Assembly: GCF_964204645.1 (NCBI RefSeq)
Contig: NC_134028.1
Span: 13,957,653 to 14,021,652 of the forward strand
From: Tubulanus polymorphus
Taxonomy: Eukaryota > Animalia > Nemertea
Length of the DNA: 64,000 nucleotides
Direction: 5' to 3'
A program made the translations under genes and the position numbers. This document shows, piece after piece, positions 24,959 through 38,600 of this stretch. Under the pieces are notes generated by a model that saw only the letters and a program-made list of their open reading frames with translations, did no database searches and was not told the origin of the DNA. The first letter of the stretch is position 1; every line of letters begins with the position of its first letter.

Positions 24959-26348
24959 GATATAGTGTCGAATATTAAGGTCATTATGGCAGATTCTTTT
25001 TTTTAAAAGTGATATTAAAGCAATCATTCAAGTGATCCTACTTAATGAAAGATCTACGGAAGGGATAAAGGGCCTCGAGTTGTCGCGTTCCAACTCGACA
25101 AGTCGCCATATTTATGTCGATATATCGCGATATATCGCATCAAGTCGACATGAATATGTCGACATATCGTGACTTTTTGACTTGAAACTCAGTCGTCATA
25201 TCACTATCACTCATCTTTCAGCAACGCCAGTCACATGGAGTCGTACGTGTTCTACTTTCTGCGACGCGACACGACTGTCACAACCAACCGACGCGCTCTT
25301 GCAACTGGCAGAAACTAGTCGCACACAATCGTATTGCAACCGACTTGCACCGAAACTTGCGATGCAACGCGAGGATCGCATCGTGTCACAAGACCAACCT
25401 ACGTCCGGCTTCAAGTTACTGCGGAGCACCAGAAATATCTTTTTTTTCGTTCAAAAGACCTTTCGCTTGAAAATTCTTTCGTCGGAACAAAATTTATTTC
25501 TTTCAAACCAATAATATTCTATACGAATGAACCAATTTGAAAAAATCGTTAGAACAAAGTTGAACAACCTTTCTTTTGTCCAAACGAAAGGTTTTTCGTT
25601 CGAACAATCGTTCAATTGAACAGAATCGTTTTAATTTGAACAGAATTTTCTTGTCAGAACATTAAGTTTTTCGTTTTTTCTTCGAACCGAAAGTATTAAG
25701 TATTTCGTTCAATCGAACAGAATTGTTTTCATTCAAACATTCGTTCGAAAAAATTGTTTTCGCTCAACCAAATTTTTTTGCCGGGACTAAAAATTTTTCA
25801 TTTCAACAATAACATAGCTTTTTATTCGAACACATTTTTTGTCAGAATGAAGAAAATTTTTGGTTCAAGCAAAGAGCGTATTGTTCGATCAAACAGAATT
25901 ATTTTCATTAGAACAAGATTTTCTTGTTGGAACATTAAAGTTTTTTGGGCGAATTTGGAAATTTACTCGGTCTGGTATATGTTGGATTACTGTGTATGTC
26001 ATTTGTCAGGACATTAAACAGAAGACAACGTAGGATACTACCTTGCGTGACTCCACTAGTTTGACCGACTTATTCCAAGATGAGGTGTTCCGTTGATTTT
26101 GGCTACAAGTTTTCGTTCAGAGATAACTGCTGAGCCATTTGGGCGACCTATCATTGATACTGTTTCCTAATAGCCTGTTTAGTAATGGCTGATGTTGTGC
26201 CTTATCAAATGCTTTGTCGAAATCCACCGTTGAACAGGATTTTAAGACTGTGCAGAAAACCCGTTATCGCTGCTTTGCAGCTATATTTAGGGTTTTCTGT
26301 TATATCACAGAAAACCCTATTGAGATTCGCGTGTTTCTTATTATTATT

Positions 26349-29300
26349 AGGGTTTTCTGACTTTCGTCGAAAACCCTTTTGTAATTCTGTTGATTGTTAT
26401 TATTATTATTTACATATTTTCCACTTTTTTTTGCACATAAAATTCATCTCCTATCAGATTCGACAACTAACTGCTTCTAATTGAAATGTAGAATTCTGAT
26501 AGGAATATAACACGCATTCGAGCTCCGCGTAGATTATATTTATGCACTCTCCGTCCTATTTTAAACTTAAAATCACTTACTGAAAGATAACACCGGATGA
26601 TAGTAGCAATCGCGACTGGCCCCGTCCGGTACTCCCACTAACGATAAAAACAGCGCCCTGTCCTGTGGCATGGTGGATAAGGTGTTTGACTCCCAACTGA
26701 GAGGTCGAGGGTTCGAATCCTAGTGAAACCATGCATTATCACAGTACAGCGCCGGCTCGCAACAATTGTTTTATTAATGAAACAACATGGTGGATGGGTG
26801 AAATTATTTTCGGCTTAAATTTATCGCGAGTTTTAGGACTTTAATGAATTTCACGAAACCATGATTTCTAAAATGAGTCAATTGATTAATTCTATTCGTA
26901 AATCAATTTACGTTGGCTACATTTCCTGAAGATTTCGGGGTCAAATCAACGTGATATGGACAGAAATTGTAGGAATTTTCACACGGAATTTTACTTCCGC
27001 GTTCAGTTGACGACTCGGATCGATGACAACGACAGCGGAGTTTATGTATTTTAAGGTGAGAATCCGTTAACCAGGGAATGTTTTAAATGATTTCTTTAAT
27101 AATATGAGTATGGTAGCAAATGAGTAGGCCTACTCGGTGAAGCAATGATCATTGTTGGCTACTTACTTAATGCCTAGCTTTTTTGGGGGATGCGCCTAGA
27201 ATAGATTTAGGCCCTAAATATAATGGGTAGAGCCAGTCAGTGGAATGCCTTAATAGCAGCTAGTTATGGCCTGGTTTACACTGAATGTGCATGACAATTT
27301 ATTTTGATTACTTTCTTTCCAGCTATTATTCGTGGAATGAACTGGTCACTACGGTCTTCAATTCCTTTGCGGATTCTTGCAGAAGTATTAAACCACAGTG
27401 CGCAAATGTATGTTTCAAATTAGGCTTTTTCGACATTGACAGCCAAAGACCTAACTTAACACGCTAACTGAAGCGCAACTGTCTCAGATGCTGTAAGTAC
27501 TTAACGTTTTGCGTAATTTTTTTGGTAATGCAATATTTGGATTAGTAATCAGTCGTGCTAACGAACATGCAGAATTGGATTCATTGTAATTATGGGATGA
27601 TAATTTATGGGCGTCCCGAGTCCTGCGACATACCCTTGATATGAAGCTTTTTTAATGTCAATCATTGACTTGTTTTGGAGTAAACTGAATAGCCCTTAAA
27701 ATACCAATGCCACGTGGCTTGGTGTCTATGCTCTACGAGACTGTAGTAATAGATTTTCACAACAAACTCATGATTTTAAATAGTCTCCTAAGATATCTAT
27801 ATATTATTTCGCTCCTTACCTAAGTAATTCTTACATTTGATTGCTTAATTACAGATGGAAAGAGGTCAGATGGCATGAAAATCGACTGTGGCTGACTAAT
27901 TGGCGCGAGTAACCAAAATGCTTCAATCATCAGGGGTAGACAAATTAGCCGAAGATGAATGAAAACTTCACCTTGATGATCATCAGTTGATTTTGCTGTA
28001 ATTATTTGCCTGGATATAGCTTTCATTTCAAAATCTGTCTTCAGTAGAATATCTTTCAATAAAATATTTTGAAGATTCAATTTGAATTGATCTTAAAACC
28101 AGAGAAAGCATTCAGAAATTTAGAAAATCCTTGACTCATAATCAAATTCTGTGAAGTCAGTTAAGGTCTTTTTGGTCGAATCAAGCCGAGGGCTCAGGTG
28201 ACTAAAACTCAATTCCTCGCTGTCTTATAATGCCGAGTACGACGGAGTTTACACACTGAAACACGTTGGGCTGTGTAAGTGTAATTTGGATAAGTCCACA
28301 ATATAATGACCGCCCTGCCCCGCTGCATCTGAGACGTCAACAAGTTAGACTGTATTGCTTCGATGACAAACTGACTGCTACGCAAGATAACCATCCAATT
28401 CAAATGTAAATTAAGAAAGAAAACAACAAAACTAGTTGCGTTGATCAACAAAAATAAATCTATAGTTTATTACAATACTTCAATTTCAAAATAAGGATAG
28501 GAAAAAAGTGAACAATAAGTGTACCATGCGTCTTAAATATTTCTCAAGAATATATCTTTTTCTGGCCACCACCTGCCTCGACATTTTTCGAGATTTTCGC
28601 TAAAAATACGAAACAAGACAAAATTGATGGATGGGAATCACACATGCTACAATTCACTTTTACTGCGAACATTGGAATGAGCTAAAGCAATTTGCTAGGA
28701 GGAAAAATTGAGTCAAATGATGTTTCAAAATCTGGACGGGAAAAGTTTTACTGAATTGTATGGCTAATGGCAAATACATGTTTATATTGATAAGGTAAAT
28801 ATCTGTATAAAAGGTTGTATAGCAACTTGAATTGAAGGATTAATGCAATAGGTCTCTTATTCTAAAAGACGAGTGAGCCATACTTCCTAGATTGGTCATG
28901 TGAATCAACATCAAATTTAGAGCTATCATCCATTTTTAGTTTTCAATCAAAGACCAACCTATGAAATAAAGTACATATGTTTAACAACCTGGAATAAATT
29001 AAAATAAATCTGAGGAATTCACCAAATTTCTGTATCGAACCCCTAATATATAACCTATAGATTCATACTTACATACGACAAATTGACAAAGAAACTTCAT
29101 TTGACAGTATACAAACTTGCGGACAAACTCCCAAAATGAATCATGTCCTATTCACCTAGAATCAAACAAAATACAACAAAAAAATTCACAATACAGATTC
29201 CGGTTTCGAATCCTTCAAATAGCTGTTTACTTACATGAAACGAATAATCAAACTACTTCTGCCAACAGCATACTGATCCACAGCTAGATTTTCGTAGTAT

Positions 29301-32300
29301 TTGAAAATATTTCGTAGTATTTAGAAATGTTCTTAATGTTGTTTCCGTATGCGTAGGGATTACGTTAAAGCCGTCAGACAAGAACGTACTAGTAGTAAGA
29401 ATTACGAAAGTTCTTGTTTGATGCTTTCATCTACCAACGCAAACCATAAATCAGTCTATAAACGACAATTCTTTCTCGGTTCTTCTGCTGTGAGATCTGG
29501 CAAACATTCAGAAAATCTTTATATAAAACTTTTAAATAGTTGGAACCATATTTGGTTCGGTCGGAACAATGGAGTGTATTTATAATGAGGCTCGTGAAGG
29601 GATCACGCTGATACTTGATGATATTCCCGGCTACTTTCCGTAAAAGGAAAAACCGGAAGTTTAGGAAGATGTGGTTGTTTTGCTTATCCTGTATTAAAAT
29701 AGAATTAGTTAAATTGTAGATAAAATAATTAGTATAAGTATTTCAAATAATTTAAGAATTGATAATCAATCACAATGTATTCCGAATCGTAGTTAATTAT
29801 AATAATTAAAAAAGAAAAACAATGAATTTGTACTGTAATTAGAAAAGAAAACAAAGTTTTGAAAAGATATTTAATTTGAGTAATCTAGATGTTGTTTAAG
29901 AACAAATTGTTAATAATCGCTAATGTTTTAGAAAAATTAATTTGTGTTAAATGTTAAAACTAGCTGTCTGAAGTTTCTGTTGTCTGTATGCGCTCGTTGG
30001 TAATTCACAGACAATAGCTGCTCTCTCAACAACGACTAGCAAGGAGTGAGTAAATAACAACGCGTCATGACAGGAGGGTTGGAAGGAAAAAGTTAGTTTA
30101 GCAAATCAGTTTTGAAAATAATTTTAGATCAGCGAATCATTAAGGCCAAATTCTATATGACCAAAACAGTCATGACAGTAAGGTTGCTGCTCCTTGCCAA
30201 AAGTCGAGTGGGAGAGTCGGTATTTTAAGAATGCCGATTCTTTCTATAAAAGGGATCCGCATCTTGAGAGAGCAGTCAATCGGGAGAATCTGTACCTTAG
30301 TAAGACGAGTGTCGACAGCAGGACAGGAGAAGCTTCGGAACGATAGGGATTCATATAATAGGGATTAGGAAAATCATTCTCAGGTTCAAGGTAAATAAAA
30401 TATATTATCTTCAATATTATCATCCGGTATTTCAGTTTATTCATTCGGTTTTGTGCACGGACACGTTCTCTCGCCAGGGCCTTACTCAAGTATTTTATAG
30501 ATAACGATTAAAGAGAGGATTGTGACCGGTGTATCAATACCAACTCGCTGACAAACCCCCAAAATGAAACGTCTCATGATAAACAGCTGGAATTAAACGT
30601 AATAAAGCTACAAAATTTACAAAATGTCGGTTTCGAATCCCTCAAATAGCCTTAGACTTACAAATGATGGATTATCAAACAACTATGAACTCCCACAACG
30701 CCACATGTCTTTGATAATCTACAGTGAAAACCTGGAATTAAATGAAATAAATCTTAAAATTCTGATTTGAACCCAACGTATGCCCTCTCTCTACTTGTAG
30801 GCCCAAGATCTTGAAATAGGATAAATAATGTTATGATGAAAGAGGCATAATGGTTCGGAAAAAAATTTAATTCAATATGGCTCTTGGCCCGGCAAAGTTT
30901 GCTTTTGAAATATCCTTTTGATTAGGCCTAGTTACACATTTTGAAAGCAAATGACATTTTGCATCATTTGCTTTGTTGAGGAAAAGATTCGTTTGAGTCG
31001 TAAAATTTATAGCCTAGAACCAATTTCTTCATCAAAGCGTGATGCACAATTTTGACTGGGTCTTTTTTCCACGTGGTAGTGGACAGAAAATTTGAATAGG
31101 CCTCAATAATAGAATAATCTTTCTTAGGTTTCATGATAAAGATGCAGCATTAACTTAGATTAATGCTTATCTTTTACAATTAGGCTTATGTTTCAAAGGA
31201 AAACGCCCACAGTTGGTCGAACTGGGGTTAAGCATTGATGGTAGAGGGGCTGTGTGTGTGCTGAAACAGAGATAAAAATGCACGGGAACGAGTTTGTCGA
31301 GTGGAGCTTATTATTCCATCAGGGATAGTGTACTGTAGTCATGTTATATATCAAAATGTTCCTTATTAGTTCCGCTGCATCGCTAAAAACAAATTGAGAT
31401 AGGTTTCCCTACATTTTTTTACATATTACATCACTTACAACGATAAACGTCCGTCGCCGACTGAAAAATTCACAAAAACTTCCGCATTGAGAGCGCCACC
31501 GCACCAATTCAAATTCAATTATATGGATCGGAAACCCTCCAGCGAAGCACTCTATGATCTTTAGAACCTGTCTTTTTGCTGACTGGGAATGAGATATTTC
31601 TCAGCGCGAAGGGGGCGGGGTGCAGCGTCACCAGGTCCCGCTCCGCGAGGAAGCTAGATTTTCAAAGAAATGAGTGCACGCGACGGCCGTGACCACTTGT
31701 TAGTGACGTCATCAAGAAGGATGGCTCCGAGAATCGCCACATCACAGGTTACGGTAAATAAATGGGATTCGACCATTCAAAAGTTCAAAATGTACTTTTT
31801 TGTTTTGTAAAACAAGTTTATTCATGTCGTTATATAAAGCGTTTTGTTTGAAACATTCTTTAATAATGTTTGTTGAGTTTAAAGCCAATTGTCGTTGTGT
31901 AATTCCATACTGGTCACTGACATCAAATCTTTAGTTTCTGTTTCGACTTATAAATATCCAACTTGTATGTTCTATCTTTTAATACAGGCCATGCGATTAA
32001 TTGCGTATCACTCCATTAGTTTAAAAAGAGAGCACATATTTCGATATTGTTAAATAATTAACTACATCTTTTTCTGTCACACGTTGATTTTTACCCATCA
32101 CTTATAAAATTCGAATGTACGTGATGTATTCTGTAAGCTATGTAAGCTTGTTCTTAAAAATACACTATGAATTTTCAATTTGTAGTGACCATAATAGTTT
32201 ATTTTTCGTAAATAAAATTTATATTTTAATTAAATAATTTCAAAATCTTTTCTATGCCCTCTGCAACAGAAAGTTACTAAGGACTATTACATATTCAGAT

Positions 32301-32649
32301 GTACGTTGATAATTGATTTCAATCCTCCCTTCAAATAATTATATGAACATTATTTCGGAAAATGCAGGTGGCGCACAATCATAATACATACAACTCATCA
32401 AGCTGACGAGTCGTTTCCGTTACCAATGTTACAGGGGTTACCAATCTACTCGACTCCGCAGACAACTAAACGACCTGAGTAACCCCCAATTTGACTATAA
32501 CTATAAATTATGTTATGTTAAACCGCATTGGTGTGACTTGACACATCAAATGCGTATCCCGTATTGACATAATTCTATTATCCACTTTTCAAACTATGAA
32601 TAGCACGCCGGCTCAGAAAACCCGTTATCGCTGCTTTGCAGCTATATTT
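26349..32649 (+). mobile_element. Putative long HINE unit C (variant subfamily) with unique internal sequence
   Basis: Head subTIR GGGTTTTCTGA matches tail TCAGAAAACCC (32613) plus the same stem-loop; preceded by another head at 26289. Head-tail pairing is inferred. Confidence 0.5.
26659..26731 (+). mobile_element. tRNA-derived SINE head or tRNA pseudogene
   Basis: A-box-like TGGCATGGTGG and B box GGTTCGAATCC at tRNA spacing; acceptor and anticodon stems pair poorly. Confidence 0.55.
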
Positions 32650-33803
32650 AGGGTTTTCTGTTACATCACAGAAAACCCTATTGAGATTCGCGTGTTTCTT
32701 ATTATTTTTATTATTATTAGGGTTTTCTGTTACATCACAGAAAACCCTATTGAGTTTCGCGTGTTTCTTATTATTAGGGTTTTCTGTTACATCACAGAAA
32801 ACCCTATTGAGATTCGCGTGTTTCTTATTATTATTATTATTATTATTTTTTTCCACACATTTTTTGTCAAAAGTACATAGGCTTTTTTACATTACCGCTG
32901 TTGCCGATACAATCCGTCTGATATCATTCAGCTCAGTTCGATCTACAAATACTCCGTGCGAATTTTGAAGAATCAACGTTACAAAAGCACTGTCGGGCCG
33001 TAAACATCGAAAATTGAGCCCCATTCAAAGAGCCGACATGTTTTTCTAAGTCGTCTTTCCGAAATCTACCGCACGTTTCTTGTCACATCGATTATCAATT
33101 CAAGCATAAATTAACAAATTTATTACCCAAAGATTGCACATTCTGTCGCGGTTTTCAAAAACTAATTTTAACAATAACCCATTTTCCTCATCAAATTATA
33201 ATACCAATACACAGGAAATTTACTACTTTAGATTTTAAAAGCCCTGTCGAGCCGTAAACATCGACAAATCGACGTGTGTCACTACATCGTCGTTCCGGGA
33301 ATCAGCTGCGAGTTTCTCCTCATTCTGAGAATCAAATCGAGTGCAAATTAATTTATTACTACCAGTGATTTGGCTGCGGGCGTCAAGCAGTTAATTTAGC
33401 AATACCTATTTTTCTTTACCAAATTTACCGTGTTTTTACTAAGATAAATCATAAGTGTACCGGGGAGTCGTAGGCCTTAACTAAACACGCCGAAGAGATA
33501 TAGCGGAGAAAAGCTGTTATGTCGACGAGGTAACAAAATAATAGAATATATTACTTTATTCGGCCGCGGCCCTCTATATCAATACCATCAATACTCTATA
33601 TTTCCTACAGTACATACCGATCATTGTCAAATCCACAAGGTATTTACTAAATACAAGTATATAACACACTCCTATCCGTATGCTAGACTCACACTTGACA
33701 TTCGGAGTAAGCGTTCGCAGTGGGGGAAAGGAGATCGTTCGCTGTGTCACTTGAAGTGTTTATCGAGTTTTACGCGACCTTAAAGCTTTAGTATGGTGGC
33801 TGA

Positions 33804-34649
33804 TAGTTAGTTACCTAATCGTTGGTGGTAAGCTTTTTATAATCGGATGAGCTTATACCAACGTTAGGGATGACAAGGGCCAAAACTCGGTTGAAAAAAG
33901 TAACACTTCAAAAATATACTTTCTATTCACTTCAGTCCATAATTAATGGCTTAATTCACAAACTATCACTGGTACCTTTCGAAATAATCCAATTTTATGT
34001 ATGTTTCGAGTGATTAATCAACATTATTTTGAGAAATTAATTAATTTCTCAGCAAATTTCGCCATTGGCCGCTATTTCTCTGTATTGCACATGTGGCATG
34101 ATAAGACAAGGGGACCTACAAGGATTTTTATAAAACCTCCAAGACGAAACGACAATTTTTATTTTTGATGGTTTTCCAACTTACATTTCAAATCTTCGTG
34201 TTTTCCAAGATAAATAATGAAGTAATAAATTTTGGTAAAAGAAAAATGGGAATAAGTGTTGATTTCTTAATTTTTTCAATTTCGTCGTTTCGCTTCGTGA
34301 GTTTGTGCTGTTGTCCTGGCCTCAGTCCACAGGTGCCAGCACCTCCAGTAATTTTCAAAATGGCAGTTGTTGACTGGACGGAAATTTACTCTCACTTTAC
34401 GGCCGATTTGCACATGGATTAAGATCGTCAGGTGAGGTGTTATAGGTATCAGACAAACTACGAATCTGTTGTGCGTCGATTACAGCAAAAATTAGACGGA
34501 TATGTTAAGAGACAATGAAATGCCAGGCAAATTACTCGTCAGTCAAATTGGCTGACGAAGATTTCATACAAAAATGACCTTCCCATTCCTGACTGTGGTT
34601 TGTGAAAATATCCGATCGTGAAACTAAACCGCAGACAGGTTACTGACTA
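33804..34649. mobile_element. Non-autonomous DNA transposon with 9-bp TSD (AcademH-like or MULE-like)
   Basis: TSD GGTGGCTGA (33795-33803, 34650-34658); short TIRs TAGTTAGTTACCT / AGGTTACTGACTA; empty site visible in unit A (~10176). Confidence 0.8.
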
Positions 34650-34734
34650 GGTGGCTGATTAGATAAAAAAACACGAATATGCAAATGAGCGCGACATTAC
34701 GACAAAACTAAAATAACGCAAGAAAACAATGATT

Positions 34735-35310
34735 TTGATTTTGTCGCCCGCGACAATTCATTATTTTGGTTTTATCGCCCACGACAATTCATTACTTTGG
34801 TTTTATCGCCAGCGACAATGCATTATTTTGGTTTTGTCGCCCGCGACAATTCATTATTTTGGTTTTATCGCCCGCGACAATTCATTATTTTGGTTTTGTC
34901 GCCCCGACAATTCTTTTTTTGGTTTTGTCGCCCGCGACAATTCAATATTTTGGTTTTGTCGCCCGCGACAATTCAATATTTTGGTTTTATCGCCCACGAC
35001 AATTCATTACTTTGGTTTTATCTCCAGCGACAATTCATTATTTTGGTTTTGTCGCCCGCGACAATTCTTGTTTTTGGTTTTGACGCCCGCGACAATTCAT
35101 TATTTTCGTTTTATACTTTGTTTTTGTCGCCCGCTACAATTTTTTTTTGGTTTTGTCGCTCGCGACAATTCAATATTTTGGTTTTATCGCCCGCGATAAT
35201 TCATTATTTTGGTTTTATCGCCCGCGACAATTCATTATTTTGGTTTTGTCCCCCGTGACAATTCAATATTTTGGTTTTGTCATCCGCGACAATTCATAAT
35301 TTTGGTTTTG
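34735..35310 (+). repeat. 31-bp tandem array, ~18 copies, in HINE unit D
   Basis: Same unit as 10258-13420. Confidence 0.95.
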
Positions 35311-35694
35311 TCCCCCGTGGTTTTGTCGGAACATTAAGTTTTTTGGTCGAACAGTGTGTTAAGGTCGTTTTGGAAATTTACTCGGTCTGGTATATTTTGG
35401 ATTACTGTGTATGTCATTTGTCAGGACATTAAACAGAAGACGACTTAGGATACTACCTTGCGTGACTCCACTAGTTAGCCGTCTCATTCCAAGATGAGGC
35501 GTTCCGTTGATTTCGGTTACAAGTTTCCGTTCCTGCTGAGCCATTTGGGCGACCTATCATTGATACTGTTTCCTAATAGCCTGTTTAGTAATGGCTGATG
35601 TTGAGCCTTATCAAATGCTTTGTTGAAATCCACCGTTGAACAGGATTCTAAGACTGTGCAGAAAACCCGTTATCGCTGCTTTGCAGCTATATTT

Positions 35695-38600
35695 ATTATT
35701 ATTTTTTTCCACACATTTTTTGTCAAAAGTACATAGGCTTTTTTACATTACCGCTGTTGCCGATACAATCCGTCTGATATCATTCAGCTCAGTTCGATCT
35801 ACAAATACTCCGTGCGAATTTTGAAGCACTGTCGGGCCGTAAACATCGAAAATTGAGCCCCATTCAAAGAGCCGACATGTTTTTCTAAGTCGTCTTTCCG
35901 AAAACTACCGCACGTTTCTTGTCACGTCGATTATCAATTCAAGCATAAATTAACAAATTTATTACCCAAAGATTGCACATTCAGCCGCGGTTTTTAAAAA
36001 CTAATTTAAACAATAGCCCATTTACCTCATCAAATCATATTATCGATACACAGGAAATTTACTACTTTAGATTCTAAAAGCACTGTCGAGCCGTAAACAT
36101 CGACTGATCGACGTGTGTCGCTACATCGTCGTTCGGGATCAGCTGCGAGTTTCTCCTCCTCATGAGAATCAAATCGAGTACAAATTTATTTATTACTACC
36201 AGTGATTTGGCAATACCTTTAACCATACCTTTTTTCAATTAACCGTGTATTTGCTAAGATAAATCATTAGAGTACCGGGGAGTCGTAGGCCTAAACTAAA
36301 CACGCCGAAGAGATATAGCGGAGAAACGCTGTTATGTCGACGATGTATCAAAAGGAACAATATATTACTTCATTCAGGCGCGGGCTTCAACCATTTATCA
36401 ATACTCTATATTTTCTACAGTACATATCGATCTTTGTCAAATGCACAAGGTATTTACTAAATACAAGTATATAACACACTCCTATCCGTATGCTGGACTC
36501 GCATTCACAGTATGATTGTTGCGTTTGTTAACAGACTCATTGGAGTTAACTTCATAACAAAATTTACGATATTTAGGAGGGGGTTGTTATTCAATAGGCC
36601 TACGACCAATCTGTCCGGATGTTAGGCCTACGCATATACATAGGCCTACATAGGCTAGTAGCCTCAAATAGGTTAAAGCTAAGTTCTATTTTATTGCCAA
36701 AAATGAAGATTTTTTTGAAAATTTCGCCTGAGCAGACAGCTTTATATGCCAGACTTTTCATTTGAGTTTTTTCATCATAAATGAAACTGTTTTTTATTAA
36801 TTCCTAATAAGTTAAGCCGGGCATAGGTCGGCCTTGCGACGGCTTGTGACTCACTGCGACACCATTCACTGCGACCGCCAGCGACGATTGTGTCGCAACG
36901 ACTCATCGCCCTACGCTCCCTTGCGGCTACTTTCTGTGATGCGACGCGACACGTCTGTCACAACCGACCTACGCGCTCTTGCAACTGGCAGAAACTAGTC
37001 GCACACAGTCGCTGACAATCGTATCGCAACCGAAACTTGCGATGCAACGCGAGGATCGCATTGCGTCGCAAGGCCGACCTACGTCCGGCTTTAAGTTACT
37101 GCGGAGCCCCAGAAATATCTTTTTTTCGTTCAAAAGGCCTTTCGCTTGAAAATTTTTTCGTCGGAACAAAATTTATTTCGTTCGAACCAATAATATTCTG
37201 TTCGATTGAACCAATTTGAAAAAAATCGTCAGAACAAAGTTGAAGAAACTTTTTTTGTCCAAACGAAAGGTTTTTCCTTCGAACAATCGTTCGATCGAAC
37301 AGAATCGTTTTACTTTGAACTGAATTTTCTTGTCAGAACATTAAGTTTTTCGTTCGCACAAGTATATTGTAAAAAGTTTTTTCTCCGAACCAAAAGTATT
37401 AGCTATTTCGTTCAATAGAACAGAATTGTTTTCATTCAAACATTCGTTCGAAAAAAATTGTTTTCGCTCAACCAAAATTTTTTGCCGGGACAAAAAGTTT
37501 TTCATTTCAATAATAACATAGCTTTTTATTCGAACACATCTTTAGGCCACTTGTGACTTTAGTCCTAGCGGGCTATTGCGTTTTCTTTTCGTACGTCATC
37601 CGTCCTACCGTAGTCGGAATCCAGTTATTTTGGGAAGTTTTGAAGATGCTTCAATGTAATGTCTTGATATTTGGGTCACACATGTATCTACCCTAGACAC
37701 ATCTTCAGCCCACAAACTGGCCCTGTCAGAATCAAGATGGCTGACTGGCAGCCATTGATGTTTGCCAAAATCAGCACTTTTTATACGTTTTTGAACTTTT
37801 TGAGGGAAATTTTGAAGACGCTTTGATCAATTACCTTGATCTTTCGTATATATTTGAATCCCCCCAGGGCCCACGAGCATAACAAAAATTGGGTCGATCG
37901 AACTCAAGATGGCCATCCTATGACCTTTTTAGTGCCCAAAAATGTCAATTTTGGCCCAAATTCTGAGTCCTATAGCTTCCTACTGGTCTTCCATTTCTCA
38001 TTGCAATTGCTGATGGGTATTCTTTGGAAAGGGATGTTTTATAGCTGAGATAGGTATTTTTGATCAACCAATTATGACGCAATTGGCGGCCATCTTGGTG
38101 TCACCAGTACTCATTCGTAGGTGGGAATAAGTTTTTCGACATTATATTGATACATATTTTGTTACCGCAATGAATTAGAAAGTTGTAGCTTATAAGGTGT
38201 TCTATGATTGTAGTGAGTTTCAAGGTCATTAGTTTTTGGATATGGCCACCAGGAGGCGTTGAATAATATAATATCTTAGTATTTCTATATTATATTTGTA
38301 CCAATGCATATTTTGTCACTACAATCAATTGCAAAGTTGTAGCTCATGACATCGCCTATGATTGTGGTCTGTTTTAAGGACATTAGTTATTCTATATGGT
38401 CACCAGGGGCATTGAATAGTAGAATAACTTAGTATTTCCTTATTATATTGGTGCCTAGGCATATTTTGTTAACATGGAAATTGCAAAGCTGTAGTTCATC
38501 ACATGTTCTATGATTGTGGCGAGTTTCAAGGTCATCGGGTCTGAATATGGTCACCAGGGGACGTTGAATTGTAGAATAACTTAGTATTCCATATCAAATT

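Larger units (their letters stand above)
13810..26288 (+). mobile_element. Headless HINE unit B, interrupted by the Gypsy at 14094-22717 and by MITEs
   Basis: Body homologous to units A and D resumes straight after tail A, continues at 22718 (TTACCCAAAG as in the uninterrupted copies at ~33123 and ~39541) and ends with subTIR plus stem-loop at 26253-26288. Confidence 0.75.
32650..35694 (+). mobile_element. Three stacked HINE heads (32650, 32719, 32776) plus unit D
   Basis: Same head, body, 31-bp array and tail (35659-35694) as unit A. Confidence 0.8.

Noticed and set aside
26659-26731. Functional tRNA-Gly(CCC)
   Set aside because: Acceptor and anticodon stems do not pair well; kept only as SINE head or pseudogene.
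28980-30780. Diverged ~250-bp direct repeats (~29000-29280 and ~30540-30780) as LTRs
   Set aside because: No TG...CA ends, PBS or coding remnants; probably old repeat fragments.
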